Positions 12,880 through 24,710 of a stretch of DNA of 64,000 nt are shown piece after piece. Positions within the stretch are counted from its first letter, which is position 1. The number at the start of each line of letters is the position of its first letter. Under the pieces are notes generated by a model that worked only from the letters and a program-made list of their open reading frames with translations, was not told the origin of the DNA and did not search any database. Location: NCBI RefSeq assembly GCF_018350175.1, contig NC_058383.1, forward strand, positions 30,382,001-30,446,000, written 5' to 3'. Origin of the DNA: Felis catus. Lineage: Eukaryota. Both the position numbers and the translations under genes were made by a program.

Positions 12880-13080
12880 GACGTGCCTGGGTTCAAATCC
12901 TGGCTCTGCTTTACCAGCACTGTCGCATTAGCCAAGACAGTTCTCTCTAGGCCTCCCTCTCCTCATCTGTAAAATGGGGAGAAAAAGATCACCTATTGCA
13001 GAGGTTTGCCAAGGAGCTGATAGATATAAAGAGCTCAGAAAAGAGCGACCGAGTAAGTAGGTGTTAGCTATACTATTATA
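12880..13080 (+). mobile_element. MIR
   Basis: gcctgggttcaaatcctggctctg...cctcatctgtaaaatgggga. Confidence 0.8.
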
Positions 13081-13607
13081 GCCCCTCCCAAAGCCTCCTG
13101 CAAGCATGCCCTTTTGGAAATTTCTTAGTGCGACCTCATTCTGTAACTCTGAGTCCTCATTAGGACTCATTAGGACAGGAATCCCTTCCCCGGCTGAGAA
13201 GCCCTGCTCATCCCAGCACACTGAGGTTTCTTTCGTGTCCTGGACAATGGCCCTTCCCCCAAAGGGGACTGAGGACAAGAATCACCCCCAAAATCTGCCC
13301 GCCAACCCAGAGTCGAGCCCCAATCTGGCCAATCACATGTGCTCACCCTGCAGTGGTTTCCTAGGTAACCAGTACTCTGTGCCAACAGAGAGACTGGATG
13401 CTGGGCGAGGGGGCGCTGAGGGAAGACACAGAAAGGGACCCAGGAGTGTAGACTGACAGAGTGAGGGTCAGAGATGGTGGGGGGGGAGGGGAAGAAACAG
13501 AGGACAGAGACAGGCACGGATACCAAGTGACACGAGCAGGAACGTGGGGAAGAAATGCAGAATGCTGGAAAGAAAGAAAAAAAAAATTCCATCTCTTCTG
13601 CTATTTT

Positions 13608-13679
13608 CACACATATACGCACACGCGTGTACATCCACACACATGTACACATACACGTATACACGCGCGCATATATGAT

Positions 13680-13717
<38 letters not shown>

Positions 13718-13726
13718 CACACACAC
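13608..13726. repeat. Alternating purine-pyrimidine tract (CA/CG/TA) ending in (CA)n
   Basis: Direct: cacacatatacgcacacgcgtgtac...cacacacac. Confidence 0.95.
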
Positions 13727-15610
13727 CTAGCACCCTCTTCCATCTGCAAATCACGGGGAAGCTGGGCTTCCTAATGGCACAGCTGCTGTGTTCATTGGCA
13801 TCCGGGACGCCTGCCAAAGCCATACCTCCAAATCAACTTACTGAGCTACCAGTATGGGACGGAGGAAGACCCCTGAGAAGACAGATCCCGGCTTCCATCG
13901 AAAAGCAAGGCCACTCCCAAACCGGCCCGACTGCACCACAAGGTCTGGTACTTTGAAGGGACTGTCCCCAATGTCCCCTAGTGACAGGGAGAGAGAGAGA
14001 GAACGACTACGTGGGTGTCACACACCCTTTTAGGAACCTGTTTACTTTTCAGGTCCACAAAACGACAGGCTGAAAACAACTTAGAAAACCATTCTCTATG
14101 TGCCAGGCACCACTTAACATGCGTGATCTCATTTCAGCTACGCGGCACATGGCTGTCGGCCTGTTTGACGGGTGAGGAAACCAAGGCACAGGAAGGCCTG
14201 GTGTGCTGTCCAAGGTGCTGAACCACTCAGCTCCTCAGCCCTCCCAGGATGATCGTCCCATCCCAGCCAGCCTGAAAACGGCCTGTGCGTTACAGACTGA
14301 GTCCTGTTAGTGAAATGCCAGGGCCTGGGGTTCGAGGAGGTGACACCGACAGAGAGACCTGAAGGTCAAGGAGGAATTAGCAGGAAGAGGGAAGTCAGAA
14401 TGGAAGGCAAGCATGTGGGGTGAGCCACGCAGGGTGACAAACAGGTGGAATCGGGAAGGGGGGCAAAGTCCAGCGAAGGCAGGACCCTTGTGGAAGGCAG
14501 AGTTGAGACCCTTCCCTGAGGGAAATGCCACACACCCGCTGAAGATTTGTTCTTTAGGTGACGAGTCACATGATCAAATTTGCCTCTTAGGAAGAACACA
14601 TCAGCCTCAGCCAAGAGAACAGATTGACTGAGGTTAAGTCCAGCTGGAGACACAGAGAATCTCACCTGCTTCTCCCCAGAAGGGCAGATAAAGGAAACCA
14701 ACACACAGGGAGGAGAAGCCATTTGCCCAAAGTCTATAAACTTGTGGAGCCCAGATTCAAGCTTGAGTTCATCCAACCCCAGAGCCCAATGCTTCAGCAC
14801 CAACACGAGCCCCTGCCCGTCGGGTGTTTCTTATAGACTCATCCATCTCTCGGCCAAGAGGAATCTGGAAGATTCCACTGTGGCCCTATCCCCGACATCA
14901 GAACCAGATTCCACACCCAGCAGTGAGAAAGAAAGTTAAGTATAAGCACCCCGGCTCTCTTCTGAGGGTTTGAAAAGTTTAATTCTCCATGTAGAATCCC
15001 TGGAAACTGCACAGGCATGAGGTATCCCTTCCTATTTGGACATCCATCCCAAGACCCAAAGCATTTAAAGCTCCCTGGGGGCTCGACTGTGCACCAGCCT
15101 AAGGTAGACCACCTTCTTTCCCCACATTCCATTTCCTGCTTGTGAACCTAAAAGCAGACACTTAGAACAAGTCTCACAGAGTCTCTCTGAGTGAGGACCT
15201 GGGATTCCAGTATAACGATGCCACCCATTTGCAGAGGGACCTTTTATAAGTCTGGGGAACTGTGTGAACTACATCTGCCCAGTGTAACTGACAACAGGGG
15301 CTCTGTGTTTGGTTCACGGTTACAAAACAACAGCACATATCTACTGCACACCTACTATGCGCCAGACATAGTGCAAGGGGCTTTATATTCTTGACACTTC
15401 AATTCTCAAAACATTTCTGTGACACAGGTATGGCTAGTACTCCCATTTTACTGATGAGCAGTGTGAGGCTTGTGGGACTTAAGTGACCTGCCCACATTAA
15501 TCAAAGTATTAATCAACTCGATACATATTCGTTGGGTGCCTACTGTGTACTAGGCGCTTTTCAAGATACTAGAATTACTCCAGTAAACATTAACAAAAAA
15601 GATGGTTCTC

Positions 15611-15766
15611 GGGGCACCTGGGTGGCTCAGCCCATTAAGCATCCGACTTTAGCTCAGGTCATGATCTCATGGTTTGTGGGTTTGAGCCCCACATCGGGAT
15701 CTGTGCTGATGGCTCAGAGCCTAGAGCCTGACTTGGATTCTGTGTCTCCCTCTCTCTCTGCCCCTT

Positions 15767-15813
<47 letters not shown>

Positions 15814-15852
15814 TAAAAATAAACATTAAAAAAATTTTTTTAACTTCAAAAA
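15611..15852 (+). mobile_element. CAN-SINE
   Basis: Full length; 19-bp TSD aacaaaaaagatggttctc (15592-15610, 15853-15871); flanks are L2-like. Confidence 0.96.
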
Positions 15853-15918
15853 AACAAAAAAGATGGTTCTCATGGAACTTCTGTTCTAGAGATAGGAGAT
15901 AAAAAATAAGTAAGGATA

Positions 15919-16134
15919 GGGGTGCCTGGGTGACTCAGTCGCTTAAGTGGCTGACCTCGGCTCAGGTCATGATCTCACGGTCTGTGAGTTCTAGCCCCGC
16001 GTCGGGCTCTGGGCTGACGGCTCAGAGCCTGGAGCCTGCTTCAGATTCTGTGTCTCCCTCTCTCTGACCCTCCCCTGTTCATGCTGTGTCTCTCCCTGTC
16101 TCAAAAATAAATAAACGTTAAAAAAAAAAAGAAA
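15919..16134 (+). mobile_element. CAN-SINE
   Basis: Full length; TSD aaaaaataagtaaggata (15901-15918, 16135-16152). Confidence 0.96.
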
Positions 16135-16214
16135 AAAAAATAAGTAAGGATAAATAAGCTTGGTGGGGGTGATACAAGCTATAAAGGAAAAAGAAAACAT
16201 TTAAAGGGGATATC

Positions 16215-16575
16215 GTATCCATCAGGAATCATTAGGCTGTGTTACAGTAACACACAATCCTGAAGAGCCAGTGGCTGGTCTGTCACTCACACTTCATGCC
16301 AAGTACCAGCCGGCAGAGGGATATGTTCACCATAGTCACTCAGGGACCCAGGCTGATGGAGACTCCATCTCAATGTGTGTTTGATCTCAGCGTGATCTCC
16401 AAGGCAAGGGAAAGAGGACATGGGAAATTACATACTGGCTATTACAGCTTCCACAAGAAGTGATACACACGTGTCACTTCTGCTCATGATTCACTGGCCA
16501 AAGCAAGTCGCATGGCCACTCCTAGCTTAAAACGAAGACAAGCACGACTCTACTTTGCCCCTGGAAGGGGGAGAG
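16215..16575 (-). mobile_element. Old MLT1 MaLR LTR
   Basis: cagggacccaggctgatggag...tcacttctgctcat...actggccaaagcaagtcgcatggcc is an antisense MLT1 (I/K/L-like) signature. Confidence 0.7.
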
Positions 16576-17664
16576 ACATTACTGTGTTCAGCCCTCCTGA
16601 ACCTGAGCCTCCATCAGAGTAGTGGGGGCGGGAGGCGGGAGCTGCTCAGGGTAGAAAGATCATAGAAAACAGACATGTGAACGCCGGTATTTCACAAGCC
16701 TGCACCTGCTCACTCGGCCAGGCTCCTAGGATGACTTAGCAATGGACGCTGACATGAGACAGTTCATGCAGCACAGGTACCCGAGAGAAGCCCTTGCCAA
16801 GTGAACTATGGCAGGGAGTACATGCTAAAGGTCAAAGTTCAGGGAGATGATGACCTGCCCAGTCTTCCTGACAAGCAGAGATTCTAGGAGCTGCAGACAA
16901 GACTCACTGCTTCGACCTCCCTTGGCAAATTCAAAGGACTTCCGTTTTGCTTTAGGAACTTTTAACTTTCTTTCTCTATTCCTTTCCACAGAAAGCCACA
17001 GCATGGAAACCATGGCAAACCCTGTAACCCTTCCACGGCAATAGGATTATTCAAGTAGGCAAAGAACGTTAAGAGCATTAGAAAGAGGTGGGGAGGAATC
17101 TCACCTAGAAGCATGAAAGGCTATCTGGATTATCATTATCATTTTTATATCTAGTCGATAAACAGGTGTGTCTTTTTTGCGCAAACAGTGGCTGTACCCC
17201 GGACATGGTTTGGCAACCGTGAAAATTGCATCCTATTGTCTCTGAAAGCATCACTGGTCCTTTGCTTATGTACATCTGGTCTGGACCCGAACGACGAGGT
17301 GGTGTCCAGACGGGGGCCCAACTCATGGAGTGGTGAGAGGCTGGGTTTGTGAGTGGGAGGAGACAGAGAAAGAAGGAAAAGGCAAGAGACAAGAGAAAGA
17401 CTGCCACTGTTAATGGGCTGTGTTCACTGTCACGGATGGAAACCGAGGACAGAAGAAGAACGCAGCAGGGGGAGGCCCAGACTTAAGTGACGCCTTCTTA
17501 GACTAGGACTGTGGTCTCGGACCCCTGGGGGAGATCAAGGCAAGGTTTCTGACACTCAGGCCAGATTGAAGGGCAGCGGTCAAACGCTGGCTGTGTCTAC
17601 TCCTAATGTCACCCCGGGGGGTGGGATTCTCACCCCTGTTGCACAGATAAAGACACAAAGCTCT

Positions 17665-17878
17665 GGGGCGCTTGGTCGGTTAAGCGTCCGACTTCGGCTC
17701 AGGTCATGATCTCACAGTCTGTGAGTTCGAGCCCCGCGTCGGGCTCTGTGCTGACAGCTCAGAGCCTGGAGCCTGTTTCAGATTCTGTGTCTCCCTGTCT
17801 CTCTGCTCCTCCCCTGGTCATGCTCCGTCTCTGTCTCAAAAATAAATAAACATTAAAAAAAATTTATAAAAAAAAAAA
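17665..17878 (+). mobile_element. CAN-SINE with a small 5' internal deletion
   Basis: Head reads ggggcgcttggtcggttaagcg; TSD aaagacacaaagctc (17649-17663, 17879-17893). Confidence 0.95.
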
Positions 17879-18571
17879 AAAGACACAAAGCTCAAAGGAA
17901 GGATGCAGACTGTAGTCTACCAGGCCTCTGCTGCAACATCACATCTCAGTGTACGTCCTCCCCGAGCCCTGTCCCTTGGCCCTGCTTGGTTTCCTTCCCC
18001 CCACTGGAAGTTGTCTTGCTCATTCATGTGCTCTCCCTCAGCGTGGAGACCCGTCTCTGTGACTTTACTGCTGTATCCCCAGCATCTAGAGACGTGCCAA
18101 GCACAGACGTTCCGGATCAGTATCTGTGGACTGAATAAATGAAGGACTGTAGCCTGCCACTACATCTGTTTGAGTCTCAGCTCCCAGGGGAGTGGAGACT
18201 CCAAAGTCACGATCTAGGAAACGGGAGGTGAATCCAAGTGCAGGGACCCAGACACGGAGAGGTGCAGGGGAGCCAGGAGCCTCAGGACCCAGCACAAAGC
18301 CTGCCTCGGCCAGGAAGTCTGGAGAGCATGGCCGGGGCAGGGCAGACTCCGGTACAATGGGAAGCAGACACAGGGGCCCACGGGTGGGAGAGAACCAAAG
18401 AGTGGGCCATGGGGAAACCCCGGCTTTTCCCAGTGCGCGAATGCTGAGGACCCCCGTTTTTCAGGTTCATCGTCACCACACCCACTCTCCCAGCACGCAC
18501 ATTTCACATTTCTATTTCAGGCACCTGACTGTGCACCTCTATCACATATGTGCCCTTGATTAGAAGCCTGC

Positions 18572-18803
18572 GGGGCGCCTGGGTGGCTCAGTCGGTTAAG
18601 CAACCAACTTCGGCTCAGGTCATGATCTCAGGGGTTGTGAGTTCGAGCCCTGTAGCAGGGTCTGTGCTTGGAGGCTTGGAGGCTGCCCAGAGCTTGGAGG
18701 CTGCTTCAGATATTCTCTCTCTCTCTCTCTCTCTCTCTCCACCCCTCCCCGGCTTGCACTCTGTCTCTCTCTCTCAAAAATAAATAAACATTAAGAAAAA
18801 AAA
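18572..18803 (+). mobile_element. CAN-SINE with an internal templated insertion
   Basis: Full head and tail; short TSD agaagcct. Confidence 0.94.
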
Positions 18804-18862
18804 AGAAGCCTTCCCCCACTGCTTACTGGCAAGTGGAAGGTGTAACTAGAAATGCACAAAAA

Positions 18863-19080
18863 GGGGCTCCTGGGTGGCTCAGTCAGTTGAGCGACCGACT
18901 TCGGCTCAGGTCATGATCTCGCTTTCGTGAGTTTGAGCCCCGTGTCGGGTTCTGTGCTGACAGCTCGGAGCCTGGAGCCTGCTTCCGATTCTGTGTCTCC
19001 TTCTGTCTCTGCCCCTCCCCAGCTCGCTCTCTCTCTGTCTCTCAGAAATAAACATTAAAAACTTAAAAAAATAAAATAAA
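18863..19080 (+). mobile_element. CAN-SINE
   Basis: ggggctcctgggtggctcagtcagttgagcg...A-rich tail. Confidence 0.95.
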
Positions 19081-19514
19081 ATACAGAATCAGTACTGCTG
19101 TGCCAAGCCAAATTAGAGCCCGAGGCCAACAATCAGTAAATACCCTGCTCACACTAGTCCAGGAAATGGCTGTGTACCTAGTGCCAGGGGCTCATAAGGG
19201 GCGGCATCGTATCTCGTGCCCAAAACGCTCAATACCCCTTGTGGCGCTTTAGCAAATATTCTGCCACTGAAGCCTCAGTAAAACCTGTTGAGGCCCGTGA
19301 GACCCAAAGAGGAACTCTATTTTTCCTCCGTGGCGGCTGGGGCCCAGAGGGGTTAAGCAACCTGCTCCAGGCCCCACGGCGGGATCCCAATACCCAGACT
19401 CAGTCCTTATTTCTACTCCAGAGTCTTTGCCCGTTAGATTGATTGGAACGCCTCCCTCTATCTTCGCGGTCTGCCTTCGCGGTCTGCATGGAATATTGGT
19501 GGATCCCTCCAGCC

Positions 19515-19686
19515 AGAGTGGACAGATTTAGCCATGCAGGACACCCAGGTGCGTTTGAATTTCAGATGAACAAAGGATAATATTTTAGAGTAAGCCCCAT
19601 GTAATATTTGGGACACACAAAGTTACCCGCTGTTCATCTGACCCTTGAGTTTCTCTGGGCATCCTGGATTGCCGTCAGCAACCCTA
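19515..19686. mobile_element. MER53 hAT MITE (palindromic)
   Basis: cagatttag...caggacacccagg...tttgaatttcagatgaacaa...catgtaatatttgggaca...tgttcatctga...ctgggcatcctg...gcaaccctag. Confidence 0.75.
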
Positions 19687-19749
19687 GCTGCAACAGATTT
19701 GGGATAATGAAAATAATCGGATAATAAAAAGAATCACCTAAGCGGGCAC

Positions 19750-20170
19750 TTACCTGCCCCCGCTTGTGCCCTCCCTCACTCAAGTCCAGCCCCACTGGAC
19801 TCCTCTCCTTTCAGCAGGCACAGGGAGCTGTTGCCAACCTGAAGGACCCTGTACAGGTCCTTCGGTCAGCTTGTGATGTTCCTTCTCCCACTATTCAACG
19901 GCTCTCTTCTGTCCTCTGAGCCTTGGCTTAAACGCTTCCTCCTCAGAGAAGCCTTCCAGTTACTTCACGTCCTATTTCCCTGTCTCTCTGCCTGTTTGCT
20001 TCTTTTACAGCAGGAGTCATAACTTGCAATGGTTTTTCTTACATGGCTGGTCACTTGGTTTGGGGCTGTCCCTCCACAGGGCAGCCGCCGCGCCTGGCAG
20101 GCCCCGTCTCCGCGCCCAGCTTCCCGCACAGTGTCCAGCATTTAGAAAGCGCTCAACAAACGTGCGGAGT
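19750..20170 (+). mobile_element. L2 fragment
   Basis: ccagccccactggactcct...cttcctcctcagagaagccttcc...gcacagtgtccagcatttagaaagcgctcaacaaa. Confidence 0.6.
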
Positions 20171-21355
20171 CGAAAGAACCACTGGGCAGCCCCAGGCCAG
20201 CAGCACCCTGCCTGTCCTCAAAGCACCTTCCCACGTGACCTCATGCCCACGTTCCCTTTAACCCGGGCAATGCGCAAAACTGCAAAGTTCAAAGGCTTTG
20301 CCGCTCTGCAACAGTCTTAGACCTTTGGACTCACCAACCGTCACGTTACTTCTCTTAACAACAATAACAACCAAAAATATATGTATATTATATAACTCTA
20401 GATGGGGGAATAGTCATCAAAAATATTTCCCTGCCTAACATCATCCTGTTATTATTTTGACATCTGTGTAGGCTGGGGAATGATTCTTTTAACACTGTGT
20501 GTGAGGCATATTTATATCTCCGGCTGTAGCACGGAGCATATGCAAAGGCTTTGGAAGCCTATTCTAGTAGGTCTTGCCTGTAGCCGTAGCAGGCCCCGTG
20601 TGGAGGCCGGAAAAAGCGTCCCTACTGTTTACTATGGTTAATGGGGATTAGCATCCAAGTGGCAGAGTGATAGCCAAGGCTTGCTGTTCCTATATGCCAG
20701 TTCCTTCGGTCCCAGTGGAGATAGGAAGATTAGAGCCAAAAGGCTCACCTCTCCCGAAACGAGCACCTTGACTTGAAAGGCACATCGTCTGATTCCAAGG
20801 AATCACAGAGGTGGCTACCAACCACCCAGAGCCTGGTGGGCCCAGGGCTGGGCTTAGGCTGCTTCCGGGCCTTATTTGTTCTGATCGTCCACGTCGCCCT
20901 CTGTGATAAGTTCCATTCTCCCCACTTCTCAGAGAGAGAAAGAGGCCCAGAGAGAGGTTAAAAACAAAAACAAAAACAAAAACAAAAACAAATACAACGG
21001 TCCCATGTCCTCTGGATGACAAGACACAGAGCAGGGGAATTCAACCTCAGTCTGTTGCTTCCGAAGGCAGACATGGGGTCGGGAGACAGCTCAGTTAATA
21101 CCCTCACCGTCCTCACCGGCAGCCCCCATCAGACGAAGGAGGGGGAAGGAATCCAAATGGTTTTCCCAGGATGATGACCAGACAGCCTAAATAATGTGGC
21201 AGGGTGGAGCACAGCGAGGGAAGGGAGAAAGCCAGGATACTGGGGTTGGGTCCAATTGGGGTTCGGCAGGGTGAGACCCTGGACCAAGGTCGTGACCTTT
21301 GTGAATCCCAGTTACCTCACCTGTAAAATGGGGGTAAACAACAGTAATTACTTCC

Positions 21356-21981
21356 TACATCAGTCTTCTCAGGCGACAGTAACAGGGCACCAAAAACTGG
21401 TGGCTTAGACAACAGTCTCACAGATCGGGAGGCTAGAGGTCTAAAATCAAGGTGTCCAGAGGTGCCTGGGAGGCTCAGTGCATTAAGCGACCCACTTAGC
21501 TCAGGTCATGATCTCGCAGTTTGTGAGTTTGAAGCCCATGTCAGGCTCTGTGCTGACAGCTCAGAGCCTGGAGGCTGCATCGGATTCTGTGTCTCCCTCT
21601 CTCTCTCTGCCCTACCCATGTGTGCTTTGTCTCTCCCTCTCTCTCAAAAATAAACAAACATCAAAAAAAAAATTTTTTTAAATCAAGGTGTCCACAGGCT
21701 GCGAGGGAGACTTGTTCCAGGCCTCTCCTTGGCTTGGACATGTCTGCCTTCTCCTGTGTCTTCCCCTGTCTTCTCTCCATGCATGTCTCTGTGTCCAAAC
21801 CTCCCCTGTTACAAGGATACCAGTCCTATTGCATCAGGGCCCACTCTAATGGTCCCACTTGAACTTGACTCCCTCTGTAGAGACCCCATCTCTAAAGAAG
21901 GTCATATTCTGAGGTTCTGAGGTTTAGGACTTCAACATATGAAACGTGGGGGTGGGGAGGGACACAGCTCAACCCATAATA
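21356..21981 (-). mobile_element. MLT1 (B/C-like) LTR, interrupted by a SINE
   Basis: aaaactggtggcttagacaacag...aaggataccagtcctattgcatcagggcccac...ggacttcaacatatgaa...cccataat. Confidence 0.85.
21459..21679 (+). mobile_element. CAN-SINE nested in MLT1
   Basis: 15-bp TSD aaatcaaggtgtcca (21444-21458, 21680-21694). Confidence 0.94.
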
Positions 21982-22589
21982 TGACCTCATGAGAATGTTT
22001 TATTGATTACTACAGAAAACATACATGGAAACACCTTTCCAAATGTCCATCCCCAACACAAAGCCAACGCATACCTTGGCCAAATGGTCTAGGATTATGG
22101 ATTGCTCTTTGGTGAGCTACTCGATGCTGTTAATGTGTATTGGCCTGGAGTTGGACCCTCACCAGCCAGAGATATCTCCCCTACAACTCAAACACCAGCA
22201 AACAGCAGGCCAATGTCAAGGTGCCCGCATGGTGTATGGTAACCCTGAGCACATGCAAAACCTTCAATGACCCACCCCGACAAGCTGATACTTGTAGCTA
22301 TTTTAAGCTTGGAGCGAAAGCTTGGAGGAGAACCTTTGAGGCTGTAGCATTTTACACCCAGCTTCACCATTTCCCAGCACCAGGGCTCCCTCCCTAGGCC
22401 TCGACTTTGCTCATGTGTAAATGGGGAAGATAATGAACACCTATTATGAGAGGTGTGAGAATAAAAAAAAGGAGGAGCACAAAAGTGCCTCCTGGCTTGG
22501 GGCCAAACGAGCACATACTTGTCAACATGACCTCCCCTTGCTTGTGGCCACCAGGGAGCCCTTGAGTAACAGGCACAGGAAAGGACCCC

Positions 22590-23050
22590 GTGTCCCAAAC
22601 TTTAGCAGATGCTGAGAATCACCGCTTCCCATAGAGGCAAATCCAGCAACGCTGGGGCCAGCCTGGGATGTGGCATTTTAAACAAGCGTGCAGGTGTTGT
22701 TACCGCCAGGCGAAAAGCGACTCAAGTTGGTATTCACCCAATTGTTGGCAAAGCATTTATTTTTAAATGCACCTCTAGCCCTACCTAATCGGACTCTCCA
22801 GAGGGCAAGCCCTGCACATGTATATGTGGAAACAGCTCCCCAGGCAATTTTGCAGTAGAGTCTTGATGAAGAATCACCGGTTTAGAGCCACAGTTCCCAC
22901 ACTGTATAATGGATCAGATCCCCTTTGGTGCATATTTAAAATACAGGCTCTGAGGCCCTTACTCCCTCGACTCGGATTCTTAGGTATGTGGTAAGGCCCC
23001 AGAATCTGCATTTTTAACAAGCTCCCACTGAATACGAGTCCCTCCCCAGA
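22590..23050. mobile_element. Cluster of MER5-like hAT-Charlie fragments
   Basis: Repeated gcattttaaacaag / gaatctgcatttttaacaagctccc and gaatcacc motifs. Confidence 0.55.
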
Positions 23051-23744
23051 CCTAATGTTGGTCTACACGTCTGACCTTGATGCCTATAGGTGAGTCCACC
23101 ATAGGTGGGCCAACACAGATCCTGTTGGCCCGGGGAAGTTGACTCAGAGAGCTGGCTGTTACCTCCTTGCATTCCAGCCCCTATTAGGTGACCGCGCCCT
23201 CCCTCTGAGAAAGCCTGGTTTGCCTCCACCCTGAAAAATACACTTCTCTCCTGCCTCTACCGACACGTCTTCCATCACCGTGAACGTCCCCCAGCACGTC
23301 TCCCATCATTTCGTGTGCTGAGCAGCACACACGTGCTTTCCATGCCTTCTGCTGCCCTGTATAAAGAATCAGACCATAGCCCATTTGCACATACAGCCCC
23401 CAAAACTCATGCATCCATTCAGCCAGTATTTCCTGAGCTCCTGCTATGTGTCTGGCCCTGAAGTGTGCCCTGGGGAGTCCTTGGTGAGCCCTTGCCTCTC
23501 CTCCCACCACCAAAGCTCACAGCCTACTGAGGGAGAGAGGTGTGGGACCCACAAAGCACATCTGTGCCCCCAGCATCACAAAAACCACGGATGACAGCAT
23601 TGACTAGGGTCTGGAGGTCCGGACAGCAACCCGCGAACTCTGTTTAACAAGGGCTCGCAGGCTGCTACCAAGGACAGTTGGTGGTTTTCATCCACTCTCA
23701 CCTGAGTGCAAGAAAGGTTTTTCTAAAATACACCTTGGTTGACT

Positions 23745-24018
23745 GGGGCACGTGGGGTGATGGCAGGTGGTTAAGCATCCGACTCTTGATATGGGCTCAG
23801 TTCATGATCTCCCAGTTTGTGAGATCGAGTCCCACATCAGGTTCTGCGCTGATAGCGTGGAGCCTGCTAGGGATGCTGTCTCTCCCTCTCTCTCTGCCTC
23901 TGCCTGCCTCTCTCTCTCTCCCTCTCTCCAAAGAAATAAACATTTAAATTTTTTTTAAATAAATAAAATAAAATAAAATAAAATAAAATAAAATAAAATA
24001 AAATAAAGTAAAATAAAA
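23745..24018 (+). mobile_element. CAN-SINE with (TAAAA)n tail
   Basis: 19-bp TSD taaaatacaccttggttga (23724-23742, 24019-24037). Confidence 0.94.
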
Positions 24019-24484
24019 TAAAATACACCTTGGTTGAGTAACGAATAGGACAATATCAACTTTGCTACTCCCTCAACAATTCCAGAATTCCTCTGTATTT
24101 TCAGGATTTCTCTGGGCGGCCACGACCTCCAGAGCTCCGTGATGGAAGCAAGGGTAGGTGGACGTGGAGGGTGCTGTCAACTTCTGCTCGGGTGTTGTAA
24201 ACCAGGGAGGGATAGCGACTCATTCCCCACTGAGTCCAATGAAGCCCCAGGATAGCTCTCATGAAACTGGGATTTGAGCAGAGAATCGAGACACCTTCTT
24301 CCGGTGACTATCACCAAGACTAAGGAAATAGTGGGTGTGGAGCACAGAATTAGAGAGAGCAAGCCATTAATCATCCCCCAAATACTTAGGTGGAGCCCAC
24401 TGAGTGTTGGGCCCTGTAATAGAACCAGAAAGACGGTGAATAGAAAAAAAATCACCATGGTCATTGCTCCCACTGTGCTCAAAG

Positions 24485-24710
24485 CACAGACTCTAGAACA
24501 AGGATGCCTGAGTTCTAATCCTAGCCCTACTTACTTGCTGTGTGGTCTTCCATAAATCACTTACCCACTATGTGGCTCAGTTTCCCCACCTGAAAAATGG
24601 GCGTAATCGTAGTACTTCCCTCACGAGGCTGTTGTGTGGATTATATAAACACGTGTGCAGTGCTTAGAACAGCACCTGGCACAGAGAAGAGGTTTGAAAC
24701 AGGTAAGCTA
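24485..24710 (+). mobile_element. MIR, near full length
   Basis: gcacagactctagaac...gcctgagttctaatcctagc...ctcagtttccccacctgaaaaatggg...gcttagaacagcacctggcac. Confidence 0.88.

Noticed and set aside
13170..13956. 217-aa and 133-aa ORFs
   Set aside because: They stay open because they cross a CA/TG tract (CVCV/HTHT translation); no domain resemblance.
19515..19686. Novel long hairpin or pre-miRNA
   Set aside because: The symmetry is explained by the palindromic MER53 MITE.
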